64,000 nucleotides of DNA from Clostridia bacterium (GCA_017537175.1 JAFYLH010000012.1:65375-129374), one strand, 5' to 3'; positions 45,157 through 54,116 are shown, counted from the stretch's first letter. The notes: generated by a model from the sequence alone, not told the origin. Numbers and translations are program-made.

Positions 45157-45399
45157 ATGAGATTAGATAAATATTTAAAAATATCAAGAATAATCAAGCG
45201 CCGTACCGTGGCAAACGATGCCTGCGATGCAGAGCATGTACAGGTGAACGGCAGACGCGCCAAGGCTTCATATGATGTCAAGGTGGGCGATATCATCGAG
45301 ATAACCTTTGGTGAACGCACCTTAAAGCTGAGGGTCCTTGAGGTCAAGGAGCATGTGGCAAAGGCTGATGCCTCGGGAATGTACGAGGTTATAAATTAA
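45157..45399 (+). CDS. RNA-binding S4 domain protein (YabO-like)
   Basis: MRLDKYLKISRIIKRRTVAND... S4 motif; yabO position. Confidence 0.8.
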   Translation: MRLDKYLKISRIIKRRTVANDACDAEHVQVNGRRAKASYDVKVGDIIEITFGERTLKLRVLEVKEHVAKADASGMYEVIN

Positions 45400-45442
45400 G
45401 ACAGTCCTGCATATTATGTGGTATCACATAAGGAGGCAGGAT

Positions 45443-45700
45443 ATGAAGGAAAATCAGACTATAACCCTTACCGACAGAGCCGCAGCCGAGATCACGGGTG
45501 TAGAGGAGGTATTGTCCTATGACGAGAGCTCTGTAAGAATACAGACCGCTCTTGGACAATTAACTCTTGACGGAGAGGGGTTAAATGTAGTACAATTAGA
45601 TTTAGGGAGAGGCATTGTAAGTGTAGAGGGGCATATAGATGCCTTCTATTATATGGAGCAGAAGGGAAGAAGATCTCTCTTTTCCCGTATCTTGGGATAG
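45443..45700 (+). CDS. yabP: Sporulation protein YabP
   Basis: YabP/YqfC-family pattern (ITGVEEVLSYDESSVRIQT..G.L...GEGL); AAGGAGG RBS before ATG 45443. Confidence 0.8.
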   Translation: MKENQTITLTDRAAAEITGVEEVLSYDESSVRIQTALGQLTLDGEGLNVVQLDLGRGIVSVEGHIDAFYYMEQKGRRSLFSRILG

Positions 45701-45703
45701 TCT

Positions 45704-46168
45704 ATGTCTCACAGCTCAAACGGGGTAGTATTATTTATCCTGCAATCGGCACTTATAGGCTTTTTTCTCGGAGGAATATACGAGGTATTCCGTACAGTCC
45801 GTGTTATAGCGCACATGACAGGCAGACGGATATTTACCGATACGGTATATTTTGTCTGCGATATACTGTTTTTTGTTTGCTGTGCCATTGTTTCGGCAAT
45901 ATTTATTTTCTATGCCAACAACGGCAGTGTGCGCGGGGTAGCCCTTATGGGCTCGCTTTTCGGCTTTGTTGTATATTATAACACCTTAGGCAGACTTATG
46001 TCCTTTGTTATAAAGCTTCTTATACGGGCGATGTACAGGCTTATTTGTCTTATTTGGACATATGCAATATTACCTGTGGGACATATTTGTATCAGGCTGT
46101 GCGACCGTATATATACCCTCAGGCAGACAGGACGGAAAATAAGGAAATTCAAAAGGAAAGGATGTTGA
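45704..46168 (+). CDS. yabQ: Spore cortex biosynthesis protein YabQ
   Basis: Small multi-TM protein directly after yabP; GGIYEVFR pattern. Confidence 0.7.
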   Translation: MSHSSNGVVLFILQSALIGFFLGGIYEVFRTVRVIAHMTGRRIFTDTVYFVCDILFFVCCAIVSAIFIFYANNGSVRGVALMGSLFGFVVYYNTLGRLMSFVIKLLIRAMYRLICLIWTYAILPVGHICIRLCDRIYTLRQTGRKIRKFKRKGC

Positions 46169-46171
46169 GCT

Positions 46172-46444
46172 GTGACAAGATCGAATATATTTATCAAGAT
46201 CGCGGTAGTTGTTGTTATAGTAGTCTGTCTTATCACCATACTCAGACTGCAGATACAGTTCAACAAGCTTACCGACGAAAAAAAGGTCCTTGAGACTCAG
46301 GTAGAAGAATACCGTGAGGATATCGAGGAGTTAAAGGCAGAGATAGAACGTCCCTTTGACGACGAATATGTTATCCGCGTTGCAAGGGAAAAGCTGGGCT
46401 ACCACCTGCCGGATGAGATAATATATTATAACGATCTGAATTAG
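46172..46444 (+). CDS. Septum formation initiator (FtsB/DivIC family)
   Basis: N-terminal TM plus coiled coil, C-terminal IRVAREKLGYHLPDEIIY motif; GTG start. Confidence 0.75.
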   Translation: MTRSNIFIKIAVVVVIVVCLITILRLQIQFNKLTDEKKVLETQVEEYREDIEELKAEIERPFDDEYVIRVAREKLGYHLPDEIIYYNDLN

Positions 46445-46445
46445 T

Positions 46446-47150
46446 ATGAGAAATATAATAGTAACCGGCGGCAGCAGAGGAATAGGTGCCGCCATAGTTC
46501 GCCGCTTTGCCCAAAACGGTGATAATGTGGTATTCTTTTATCGCACAAACGACAGGGCGGCAGCTGAGGTAGGCATACCCTGTATCAAGGGTGATATCTC
46601 TGATCCTCTTGCGGTAAAGAGGATGATATCAAGAGCGGCAGATTATCTTGGCGGTGTAGATGTGCTGGTCAACAATGCGGGTATAGCACAGTCGGCAATT
46701 ATGGGTGATATTACCGATACCGACTATATGAATATGATCAACACAGACCTTTCGGGCTCTTTTTATTGCTGCCGTGAGGTCATACCCTATTTTCTTCGCA
46801 ATCACAGCGGTGCTATAGTTAATATCTCCTCTATGTGGGGAGAGGTAGGCGCATCTATGGAGGTTCATTATTCTGCGGCAAAGGCAGGAGTTATCGGACT
46901 TACCAAGGCTCTTGCAAAGGAGCTTGGTCCCTCGGGGGTGCGGGTAAACTGTGTGACCCCCGGTATGATAGATACCGATATGAACAAGGGCTACACTAAG
47001 GAGGATATTCAGGCAATAGCAGACGAGACCCCTCTTATGCGTATAGGTAAGCCCGAGGATGTAGCCGAGGCGGTGTTCTTTTTGGCATCGGACAAGGCAA
47101 GCTTTATTACAGGACAGATACTCGGTGTTAACGGCGGATATATTATATAA
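46446..47150 (+). CDS. Short-chain dehydrogenase/reductase (FabG-like)
   Basis: TGGSRGIG cofactor motif, NNAG, catalytic S...YSAAK. Confidence 0.85.
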   Translation: MRNIIVTGGSRGIGAAIVRRFAQNGDNVVFFYRTNDRAAAEVGIPCIKGDISDPLAVKRMISRAADYLGGVDVLVNNAGIAQSAIMGDITDTDYMNMINTDLSGSFYCCREVIPYFLRNHSGAIVNISSMWGEVGASMEVHYSAAKAGVIGLTKALAKELGPSGVRVNCVTPGMIDTDMNKGYTKEDIQAIADETPLMRIGKPEDVAEAVFFLASDKASFITGQILGVNGGYII

Positions 47151-47155
47151 ACTGA

Positions 47156-47396
47156 CAGACTTCGAAAAAGTCGGTCGGGCGTGTTAAATAAATATATCTT
47201 TGGTTTATTACCCCAACCAACAGACAGTGATCAAATATTTATCATTGCTCCCAATAAAGTCAGATAAGCATTCAAAAGTGGTGTATACATCGAGTATACA
47301 CCACTTTTTCACACTTTACCGCCAAATCCTCTCTACCGTACTTAGTACGCCTACGAGAAGATTTGACGGCAACCTACCTTCCTTTTTCGAAGTCTG
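47156..47396 (+). mobile_element. MITE-like non-coding element, copy 2 (241 bp) with perfect 15-bp terminal inverted repeats CAGACTTCGAAAAAG
   Basis: TIRs read directly; shares hairpin AAGTGGTGTATAC-ATCGA-GTATACACCACTT (47276-47306) and the CTACCGTACTTAGTACGCCTACG core with copy 1. Confidence 0.75.
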
Positions 47397-47419
47397 CAGG
47401 GAGTTTTTTAAACTCCCTG
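47397..47419 (-). terminator. Hairpin at the 3' end of the cysteine desulfurase gene (stop codon in the loop)
   Basis: CAGGGAGTTT-TTT-AAACTCCCTG directly abutting the right TIR of the element. Confidence 0.5.
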
Positions 47420-48547
47420 TTTTACTTTTTGTAACGTATCGCAGAATATATCTACCTCTTGCGGAGTGTTGTAAGCACCAAAGGATACTCTCACAGCACC
47501 TTTATCTCCCGTGCCAAGTGCTCTGTGAGCCAAGGGGGCACAGTGGAAGCCTGCCCGTACACATATACCCTCTTTGTCAAGGGCTTCTGCCACAAGATCG
47601 GGAGACACACCCTTTATATTGAAGAGTACTATCTCAGAGCTTTGCATATCAGGACAGTATACCTCTATGCGGTCATCGTTGCACAGCCTCTCAAGCATTC
47701 TCCTGCAAAGCATGGTACCGTGATCCCTTATATCAGCCAATCCCCGTTGTCGTACCTCCTTTACTCCCGCCAGCAGACCCGCAATGGCAGGAGTGGCAAG
47801 GGTGCCTGCTTCAAGGCGCTCGGGAAGATAAAGAGGCATATTCTCTTCAAGTGATGCCATACCGCTGCCGCCCTGAACTAAGGTATGCAGCATTCTTGCA
47901 GCTTTACCCTTGTATTTTTGAGAGAATACTATTCCCCCCACACCTTGAATACCGTACAGGGATTTGTGTCCCGCAAAGCAAAGGGCATCAATATTGCATT
48001 TACTCATATCTATAGGGTATATTCCCGCAGTCTGTGCCGCATCCACTATAAAGAACAGACCCCTTTGTCTGCACAGCTCTCCTACAGCTCCGATGGGAAG
48101 TCCCACGGGACAGATGTTGGAGTGGTGGGTACATACTATCCCCCTTGTACGGGATGTTATCCTTGAGCATATCTCCCTTATCATAGCCTCGGTGGGCTTG
48201 AGGGTATCAAAGACATCATAATCATAGCCCTCGGCTATAATAGGGCGCAGTACCGAGTTGTGCTCCATATTTGATATCAGTATATGGTCGCCCTTGCGGG
48301 CTATCCCCTTGATGGCGATGTTGAGGGCATGGGTGGTGTTGAGGGTAAAGACCACCGACTCGGGCTTGGCAGAAAAAAGCTCGGCAAGCTCACAACGGCA
48401 GTCATAAACCGTTTTGGCTGCTGCTGCCGACATACGGTGTCCCCCTCTTCCGGGGTTACCGCAGTACTGATCTATACATCTGCCTACCTCAGCTTTGACC
48501 GACTCGGGCTTTGGGAAGGTAGTTGCGGCATTGTCAAAATATATCAT
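47408..48547 (-). CDS. Class V aminotransferase-fold cysteine desulfurase / selenocysteine lyase family protein
   Basis: PLP-lysine region FAGHKSLYG, active-site Cys in RAGFHCAP; 379 aa. Confidence 0.85.
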   Translation of the reverse strand: MIYFDNAATTFPKPESVKAEVGRCIDQYCGNPGRGGHRMSAAAAKTVYDCRCELAELFSAKPESVVFTLNTTHALNIAIKGIARKGDHILISNMEHNSVLRPIIAEGYDYDVFDTLKPTEAMIREICSRITSRTRGIVCTHHSNICPVGLPIGAVGELCRQRGLFFIVDAAQTAGIYPIDMSKCNIDALCFAGHKSLYGIQGVGGIVFSQKYKGKAARMLHTLVQGGSGMASLEENMPLYLPERLEAGTLATPAIAGLLAGVKEVRQRGLADIRDHGTMLCRRMLERLCNDDRIEVYCPDMQSSEIVLFNIKGVSPDLVAEALDKEGICVRAGFHCAPLAHRALGTGDKGAVRVSFGAYNTPQEVDIFCDTLQKVKQGV

Positions 48548-48549
48548 GG

Positions 48550-48762
48550 CTATGATATGGGGATACTGTAGCTTATCAGTATCTGCTTTGCCGCGGCAGT
48601 ATCCCTGCAGGATACCGCTACCCCGTTGATACAGCCTCTTTTACTGTCTGTTTCCTTTACCTCTGACGCCCCGATCCCCTTTAGCCTTAAGAGCTTGGCG
48701 GCACTTATGGCATAGGTCTGTGAGGGCAGATATATCATACATCTGTCATTTGATTTCACCAT
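48550..48762 (-). CDS. DUF3343-like small protein (putative S/Se carrier-like)
   Basis: About 70 aa, MVKSNDRCMIYLPSQTYAISAAKLL...; GGGAGG RBS before ATG 48762; sits directly upstream of the desulfurase, a pairing I recall for DUF3343. Confidence 0.6.
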   Translation of the reverse strand: MVKSNDRCMIYLPSQTYAISAAKLLRLKGIGASEVKETDSKRGCINGVAVSCRDTAAAKQILISYSIPIS

Positions 48763-48891
48763 AAATTTCAACCTCCCTATTTCAGTATATGCAAAAATTC
48801 GTAATTGGGAATTAAATGAAGAAAACTGTTGCCTTAAAGCAACAGTTTTCAACTACAATTATTCATCATTCATTATTCATTACACTTGTGC

Positions 48892-49113
48892 TTACAGCAC
48901 AAGTGTATCCGGATCAAGACCGGGAATTTGGCTTGCGGGCTTGGGGTCTCTTTTAAGAGGATCGTATACAAACTTCCTGCATACATGACCGCAGGAAACA
49001 ACACCGTTGAGAGAACAGAGTACAATATCGGTGTTGTTGAGTATCTGCGCCCTTTCACAGCTTTGGCAGACACGGTTTATCTCGTGCTTTGTATTCTTTT
49101 TCTTTTTACACAT
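48892..49113 (-). CDS. Hypothetical Cys-rich small protein, 73 aa
   Basis: AAGGAG RBS 6 nt upstream of the ATG; six Cys including CQSC; family not recognised. Confidence 0.5.
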   Translation of the reverse strand: MCKKKKNTKHEINRVCQSCERAQILNNTDIVLCSLNGVVSCGHVCRKFVYDPLKRDPKPASQIPGLDPDTLVL

Positions 49114-49149
49114 AACGATCTCCTTAATACATTCTCTGATAAGTATACA

Positions 49150-49977
49150 CTAAAAAAAGAGTTTTTTCAAGTATATAATCAAAAAAACACCGCTTGCCTG
49201 TATTACTTTGCCTATATAGTATTTTTTCATAGAAAATCTGCCCTTTACCGTGGCGGCGGTCTGCATATGTACCGATACTCCCGACCATATAACGGCAAAG
49301 CCAAGCAGGGGAGCATATCTCACACTTTCGCAGATATATCTTACACCGTTTGATATCTCAAGCAGAGAGTATACAAGAGCTTTAATATACATCGGCACAG
49401 GCAACAGACCCACAAAAGAGCAGAGAAGGGCAAAGATCACCACAAAGCCGCAGATATTGAGCATAGGAGTCACCGAGGCTGTCACCGCTTTGGGGATTAC
49501 TGTAAAATCAACGACCGCTTTTTTGTTTATCTCAGGCTTTTGGGAGAGCTTTTTGGGTCTTGTTATGACTCCGTATAACAGGGTAATGATGCATTGAAGC
49601 ACAAATAGGGAAATGCCTGTATTTTCATTTCCCCACAGACTCCCCACAGCGGCAATTGCAAAGGCAGGTCCTGTGTTATTGCAGAAGGCAAGAGCATGCT
49701 CTGCCTCCTTTTTTGTACAGCCGCCCTTGTCATATATTTCTGCTATGGCATATGCTCCCTGGGGATAGCCTGATATAATACCCAGTATATAAGCCGAGGC
49801 AAGATTGCCGTTGAGATGAAAGGCTGCTTCAAAGGGTCTTTTAATCAGCCTTTTTACCATAGAATCAAATCCGCAGGAGATAAGGAGATTTGTCAGCACC
49901 ATAAAGGGAAAAACCGAGGGTATCACTGTCTCAGCGCAGAGCCTCAGAGCATCGGTAATTATGTAATTTACAGCCAT
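49150..49977 (-). CDS. YlbJ-like sporulation integral membrane protein (nucleoside-recognition/Gate domain), short form
   Basis: VIPSVFPFMVLTNLL...GYPQGA...FCNNTGPAF resembles the B. subtilis YlbJ family. At 275 aa it is shorter than the roughly 400-aa B. subtilis protein as I recall it. Confidence 0.65.
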   Translation of the reverse strand: MAVNYIITDALRLCAETVIPSVFPFMVLTNLLISCGFDSMVKRLIKRPFEAAFHLNGNLASAYILGIISGYPQGAYAIAEIYDKGGCTKKEAEHALAFCNNTGPAFAIAAVGSLWGNENTGISLFVLQCIITLLYGVITRPKKLSQKPEINKKAVVDFTVIPKAVTASVTPMLNICGFVVIFALLCSFVGLLPVPMYIKALVYSLLEISNGVRYICESVRYAPLLGFAVIWSGVSVHMQTAATVKGRFSMKKYYIGKVIQASGVFLIIYLKKLFF

Positions 49978-50031
49978 CCCTCCGCATAGAATATTTTGAT
50001 AAATTATACTTTAACGGAGGAGAAAATATAC

Positions 50032-50316
50032 ATGAAGCGCAGGAAAAGAAGTATGACCGAGGCAATAGCCGATGCCTTCAGATTTCCGGATACCGTATCT
50101 GCCACAGTACCCGATATTCATATCATCGGCACAAGGGAGATATCCATAGACGGCTGTGTGGGAATACTTAGCTATGAGCGGGACAGTATACTTTTGCGCC
50201 TGAGGGACCGCTGCGCCCGTATAACCGGTACAGATCTTACACTCAAGACCTATTACACAGGTCATGTGTCGGTAAAGGGACGGATAATGTCGCTTAGCTT
50301 TGAGGAGGGTTTATAA
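50032..50316 (+). CDS. yqfC: Sporulation protein YqfC
   Basis: YabP/YqfC-family pattern; GGAGGAG RBS before ATG 50032; followed by yqfD. Confidence 0.8.
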   Translation: MKRRKRSMTEAIADAFRFPDTVSATVPDIHIIGTREISIDGCVGILSYERDSILLRLRDRCARITGTDLTLKTYYTGHVSVKGRIMSLSFEEGL

Positions 50317-51494
50317 TGGCTTTTTCGGGGGTAAAATGGCTATGGGGGTATCGTCTGATCTCCTGTGAGGGCAAAAGCTCTGCACGGCTTATCAATCTTA
50401 TGACGGACAGGGGTATAGATTATTTCGGTTTAAGGGTCGATGAAAACGGGGAAATGCGCTTTTTTCTTTTGGAAAAAGAATACAAAATACTAACCTCGAT
50501 TCTTGACAAAAGCGACATAAAGGTTTATAGTGTATACGGAAGAGGTTTGCCTTTTGTTATAAAGCAAAGGCGCAACAGGGCAGGCCTTCTTTTAGGGCTT
50601 GTGATATACCTTGCGCTTATATATACCTCCTCTCTTTTTGTGTGGGATATAAGGGTGGTTTCGGACACCGACACCCCCCACAATATCATAATCAAAAATC
50701 TTGAGGCACTCGGCTGCTGTGAGGGCGCATATCTTAAGTCAATAGACTTTGAAAATTTATGCATCGACTATCTGGACAGGTATAGTGATTTTTCCTGGAT
50801 ATCGGTAAATATGCAGGGCACGGTTGCCTATGTGGAGATACAGGAAAAGCGGCTTTACGGTGAACAGGCAAACACACCGCGGAATCTTATTGCCGCCTAC
50901 GGGGGCATCATAGAGGATTACAGCGTTTACGAGGGCAGAAGCCATGTAAAAAGCGGAAATGTGGTCAAAAAGGGAGATCTTCTGGTCAGCGGTATCCTTG
51001 AGGATAAGGACGGTGAGCTCAGGGTCTGCCGAGCCCGCGGAGAGGTTATGGCAACAGTAGATCTCAGCTTGAGTGTAGAGGTGCCTTATAATTATCAAAA
51101 GCAGGTTTATACAGGCAGAAGCTATGAAAAAAACAGGCTCAGGTTCTTCAATATCACCTTCCCTTATTTTTCGGACAAAATACCCCGTGATATTACCTGC
51201 ACCACCCTTAACCAAACGCAGGCGGCTGTGCTTTTTGAGCGCATAGAGCTTCCACTGTCCCTTGAAAAGCAGGTGTACAGAGAATATACCGTAAAGGATC
51301 TTGTATATTCCGCAGATGAAGCAAAGGCGGCGGCTCACAGGCTGATGGAAAAGAAGGTTGCAGATGAGCTTTCAAGGGCAGAGCTTTTGAATACAGAGAC
51401 GGTCGAAAAGCAGACAGAGAGCTCTTATATACTGACACTTAACATAAAATGCAGGATGGATATAACCAAGCCTGCCGATATAGAAACACAGTAA
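50316..51494 (+). CDS. yqfD: Sporulation protein YqfD
   Basis: About 390 aa with one central TM; conserved yqfC-yqfD-phoH order. Confidence 0.8.
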   Translation: MAFSGVKWLWGYRLISCEGKSSARLINLMTDRGIDYFGLRVDENGEMRFFLLEKEYKILTSILDKSDIKVYSVYGRGLPFVIKQRRNRAGLLLGLVIYLALIYTSSLFVWDIRVVSDTDTPHNIIIKNLEALGCCEGAYLKSIDFENLCIDYLDRYSDFSWISVNMQGTVAYVEIQEKRLYGEQANTPRNLIAAYGGIIEDYSVYEGRSHVKSGNVVKKGDLLVSGILEDKDGELRVCRARGEVMATVDLSLSVEVPYNYQKQVYTGRSYEKNRLRFFNITFPYFSDKIPRDITCTTLNQTQAAVLFERIELPLSLEKQVYREYTVKDLVYSADEAKAAAHRLMEKKVADELSRAELLNTETVEKQTESSYILTLNIKCRMDITKPADIETQ

Positions 51495-51513
51495 TTTGAA
51501 AGGATCTACCTTA

Positions 51514-52539
51514 ATGGCAGAAAGAATTATTTTAACAGATACAATAGAACAGACGGCAATAATCTTTGGCAGCTTTGATGCAAATACAGTTCTTGTGGAA
51601 AAGGCCTTCGGTGTTACAATAAATAACCGCGATACCGAAAAGACTGCGGGGGATGCCATAGTTATCACAGGTGACACCGAGGCAGTAAATATGGCGGCTG
51701 ATGTCATTACCTGTATGAAGCGCATGGCTACCTTTAACGAGGAGCTGAGCCATCAGAGCATTACCTATCTTTGCGATATGGTAAAGGAGGGTAAGCAGGA
51801 GGAGCTGGCAGGCTTTGTTGACGATGATTGCATATGCATCACTACCCGCGGAAAGCCTATCAAGGCAAAGACGGTGGGTCAGCGCAAATATGTAGAGGAT
51901 ATAGAAAAAAACACTATAGTTATGGGTGTTGGCCCTGCAGGTACGGGTAAGACCTTTTTGGCTGTTGCAATGGCGGTCAAGGCTCTCAGGGCAAAGCAGG
52001 TAAACCGCATAATCCTTACCCGACCCGCAGTGGAGGCAGGCGAGAGACTCGGTTATTTGCCGGGTGATCTTCAGAGTAAGATAGACCCCTATCTTCGTCC
52101 TCTTTACGATGCGCTTTTTGAGATGTTAGGCCCCGAAAACTATCAGAGATATCTTGAGAGAGGAACTATAGAGATAGCACCCCTTGCATATATGCGAGGC
52201 AGAACCCTTGATGATTCCTTTATCATACTTGACGAGGCACAGAACACCACTCCCGAGCAGATGAAGATGTTTTTGACCCGTTTGGGCTTTAACTCCAAGG
52301 CTGTGGTAACAGGAGATGTTACCCAGACCGACCTGCCCTTCGGCAAAAAGAGCGGACTTGTAGAGGCGACAAAGATATTGGCGGATATAGAGGGTATCTC
52401 TATTCACCGCTTTACCGACCGCGATGTTGTAAGACATCACCTTGTACAGAAGATAATCAAGGCATACGAAAAATACGACAAAGAGAGAAAAGAGAACGGC
52501 AATGAGGAAAGACGGACACGACATTTTTATAAAAAATGA
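51514..52539 (+). CDS. phoH: PhoH-like ATPase
   Basis: Walker A GPAGTGKT, ILTRPAVEAGE.LG.LPG, IILDEAQN motifs. Confidence 0.9.
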   Translation: MAERIILTDTIEQTAIIFGSFDANTVLVEKAFGVTINNRDTEKTAGDAIVITGDTEAVNMAADVITCMKRMATFNEELSHQSITYLCDMVKEGKQEELAGFVDDDCICITTRGKPIKAKTVGQRKYVEDIEKNTIVMGVGPAGTGKTFLAVAMAVKALRAKQVNRIILTRPAVEAGERLGYLPGDLQSKIDPYLRPLYDALFEMLGPENYQRYLERGTIEIAPLAYMRGRTLDDSFIILDEAQNTTPEQMKMFLTRLGFNSKAVVTGDVTQTDLPFGKKSGLVEATKILADIEGISIHRFTDRDVVRHHLVQKIIKAYEKYDKERKENGNEERRTRHFYKK

Positions 52540-52975
52540 GCAGGATATCATTACAGTTACCCCCGAGCTTAAAAGGCTTATGGTAAATGCGGTTGCCAAG
52601 AGTCTGAAATACGAGGAATTTCCCGATAAATGCGAGGTCTCAATTACCCTTGTGGATAACGAAGAGATACACGCTTTAAACCTTGAGTACCGCGGTGTTG
52701 ACCGCCCCACCGATGTTCTGTCCTTTCCCATTTTTGACGAGGACGATATGGGCGGTAAAACAATACTGGGCGATATAGTTCTCTCCCTCGAAAGAGCCAC
52801 TGAGCAGGCAGCGCAGTACGGACACTCTTTTGAAAGAGAGGTCGCTTTTCTGACCGTTCACTCTATGCTTCACCTCTTAGGCTATGACCACGAGGAGGGA
52901 AAAGCCGCCGAGAGCGAAATGTTTTCCCGTCAGGAAGCAATTTTATTAAAAATGGGTCTTGCACGAAATGCTTAA
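52502..52975 (+). CDS. ybeY: rRNA maturation endoribonuclease YbeY
   Basis: Zinc motif HSMLHLLGYDH; TDVLSFP; overlaps the phoH end. Confidence 0.9.
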   Translation: MRKDGHDIFIKNEQDIITVTPELKRLMVNAVAKSLKYEEFPDKCEVSITLVDNEEIHALNLEYRGVDRPTDVLSFPIFDEDDMGGKTILGDIVLSLERATEQAAQYGHSFEREVAFLTVHSMLHLLGYDHEEGKAAESEMFSRQEAILLKMGLARNA

Positions 52976-53012
52976 TTATAGTATAATATATTGAATACAC
53001 TTTGTGTATTCA

Positions 53013-53181
53013 GCTAAATTCGCTATGCGAGCTAAATGTGCAGAGCACGCTAAATTACTTCGTAGCTAAATTGACCTTCGGTCAGCTGATATGCGAATTT
53101 AATTTAGCTGTTTCACAGAAACAATTTAGCTATCACGCAAAGCGGGATAATTTAGCTTTGCACGTAAGGGCAAAATTTAGC
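53013..53181. repeat. Array of eight octamers: four GCTAAAT(T/G) (53013, 53031, 53049, 53065) then four AATTTAGC (53101, 53123, 53149, 53174), with self-complementary spacers
   Basis: Read directly from the ybeY-era intergenic region; spacer hairpins include TGTTTC-ACA-GAAACA, TATC.CGC-AAA-GCG.GATA, TTTGC-N8-GCAAA and GACC-TTCG-GTC. Confidence 0.85.
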
Positions 53182-53221
53182 CCAACATAAGATTTTAAAG
53201 ATAATTGAGGACATATCGTTA

Positions 53222-54115
53222 ATGAAAAAAACAGGTTTTGTCGCAATAGTAGGTCGACCCAATGTAGGTAAATCGACTCTGCTTAATGCACTTTTAGGCG
53301 AAAAGATCGCTATCATATCAAAAAAGCCCCAGACCACCCGTAACCGTATTACAGGTATACTTACCAGAGGCGAAACACAGTTCGTGTTCCTTGATACCCC
53401 CGGTATGCATAACCCCAAGACCAAGCTGGGCGATTTTATGGTCAAGTCGGTTACCTCTGCTATAGGTGATGTGGATGCGGCAATACTTGTGGTGGAGGCA
53501 GGAAGTAAGCCCCACGCAATAGAGCTTGGACTTATCGAAAAGTTCAAGCGTATGGATATGCCCGCTCTTCTTGTTATCAATAAGACAGATAAGTCGGATG
53601 CAGGCAAGATAGCCGAAACTATAAACGAATATGCACCCCTCTATGAGTTTGCTTCTGTTGTTCCGATCTCGGCACTTAACAATGACGGTGTTGATATAGT
53701 ACTTAACGAAACCGAGAGCTTTATGGAGGAGGGCGTTTGGTTCTTCCCTGAGGATGCAATTACAGATCAGCCTGAGCGACAGATCGCGGCTGAGATCATC
53801 CGTGAAAAGATCCTTCGCACCCTTGATGACGAGATACCTCACGGTACTGCGGTTGTTATCGAGGCATTTGAAGAAAGCTCCAAGCTTATTAAGATCAGAG
53901 CAGAGATATTCTGTGAGAAGGCCTCCCACAAGGGAATAATCATCGGTAAGCACGGTGCATCTCTTAAGACTATAGGCTCCTATGCCCGTGAGGATATGGA
54001 AAAGTTCTTCGGCACCAAGGTGTTCCTTGATCTCTGGGTCAAGGTAAAGGAGAACTGGAGAGACTCCAACTTCAACATAAGTAACTTCGGCTTTAAGGAC
54101 GATATGGGAGAATAA
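53222..54115 (+). CDS. era: GTPase Era
   Basis: G1 GRPNVGKST, G3 DTPG, NKTD, C-terminal KH domain. Confidence 0.95.
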   Translation: MKKTGFVAIVGRPNVGKSTLLNALLGEKIAIISKKPQTTRNRITGILTRGETQFVFLDTPGMHNPKTKLGDFMVKSVTSAIGDVDAAILVVEAGSKPHAIELGLIEKFKRMDMPALLVINKTDKSDAGKIAETINEYAPLYEFASVVPISALNNDGVDIVLNETESFMEEGVWFFPEDAITDQPERQIAAEIIREKILRTLDDEIPHGTAVVIEAFEESSKLIKIRAEIFCEKASHKGIIIGKHGASLKTIGSYAREDMEKFFGTKVFLDLWVKVKENWRDSNFNISNFGFKDDMGE

Positions 54116-54116
54116 A

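Noticed and set aside
53109-53123. TGTTTCACAGAAACA resembles the Firmicute parS consensus TGTTNCACGTGAAACA
   Set aside because: It is one base short in the centre (CACAG instead of CACGTG), which changes half-site spacing. It is fully explained as one of the spacer hairpins of the array. It would be worth checking only if ParB ChIP data exist.
53013-53181. Could the octamer array be a CRISPR array?
   Set aside because: The repeats are only 8 bp and switch orientation halfway. The spacers are 8-18 bp and self-complementary. No cas genes or leader are nearby.
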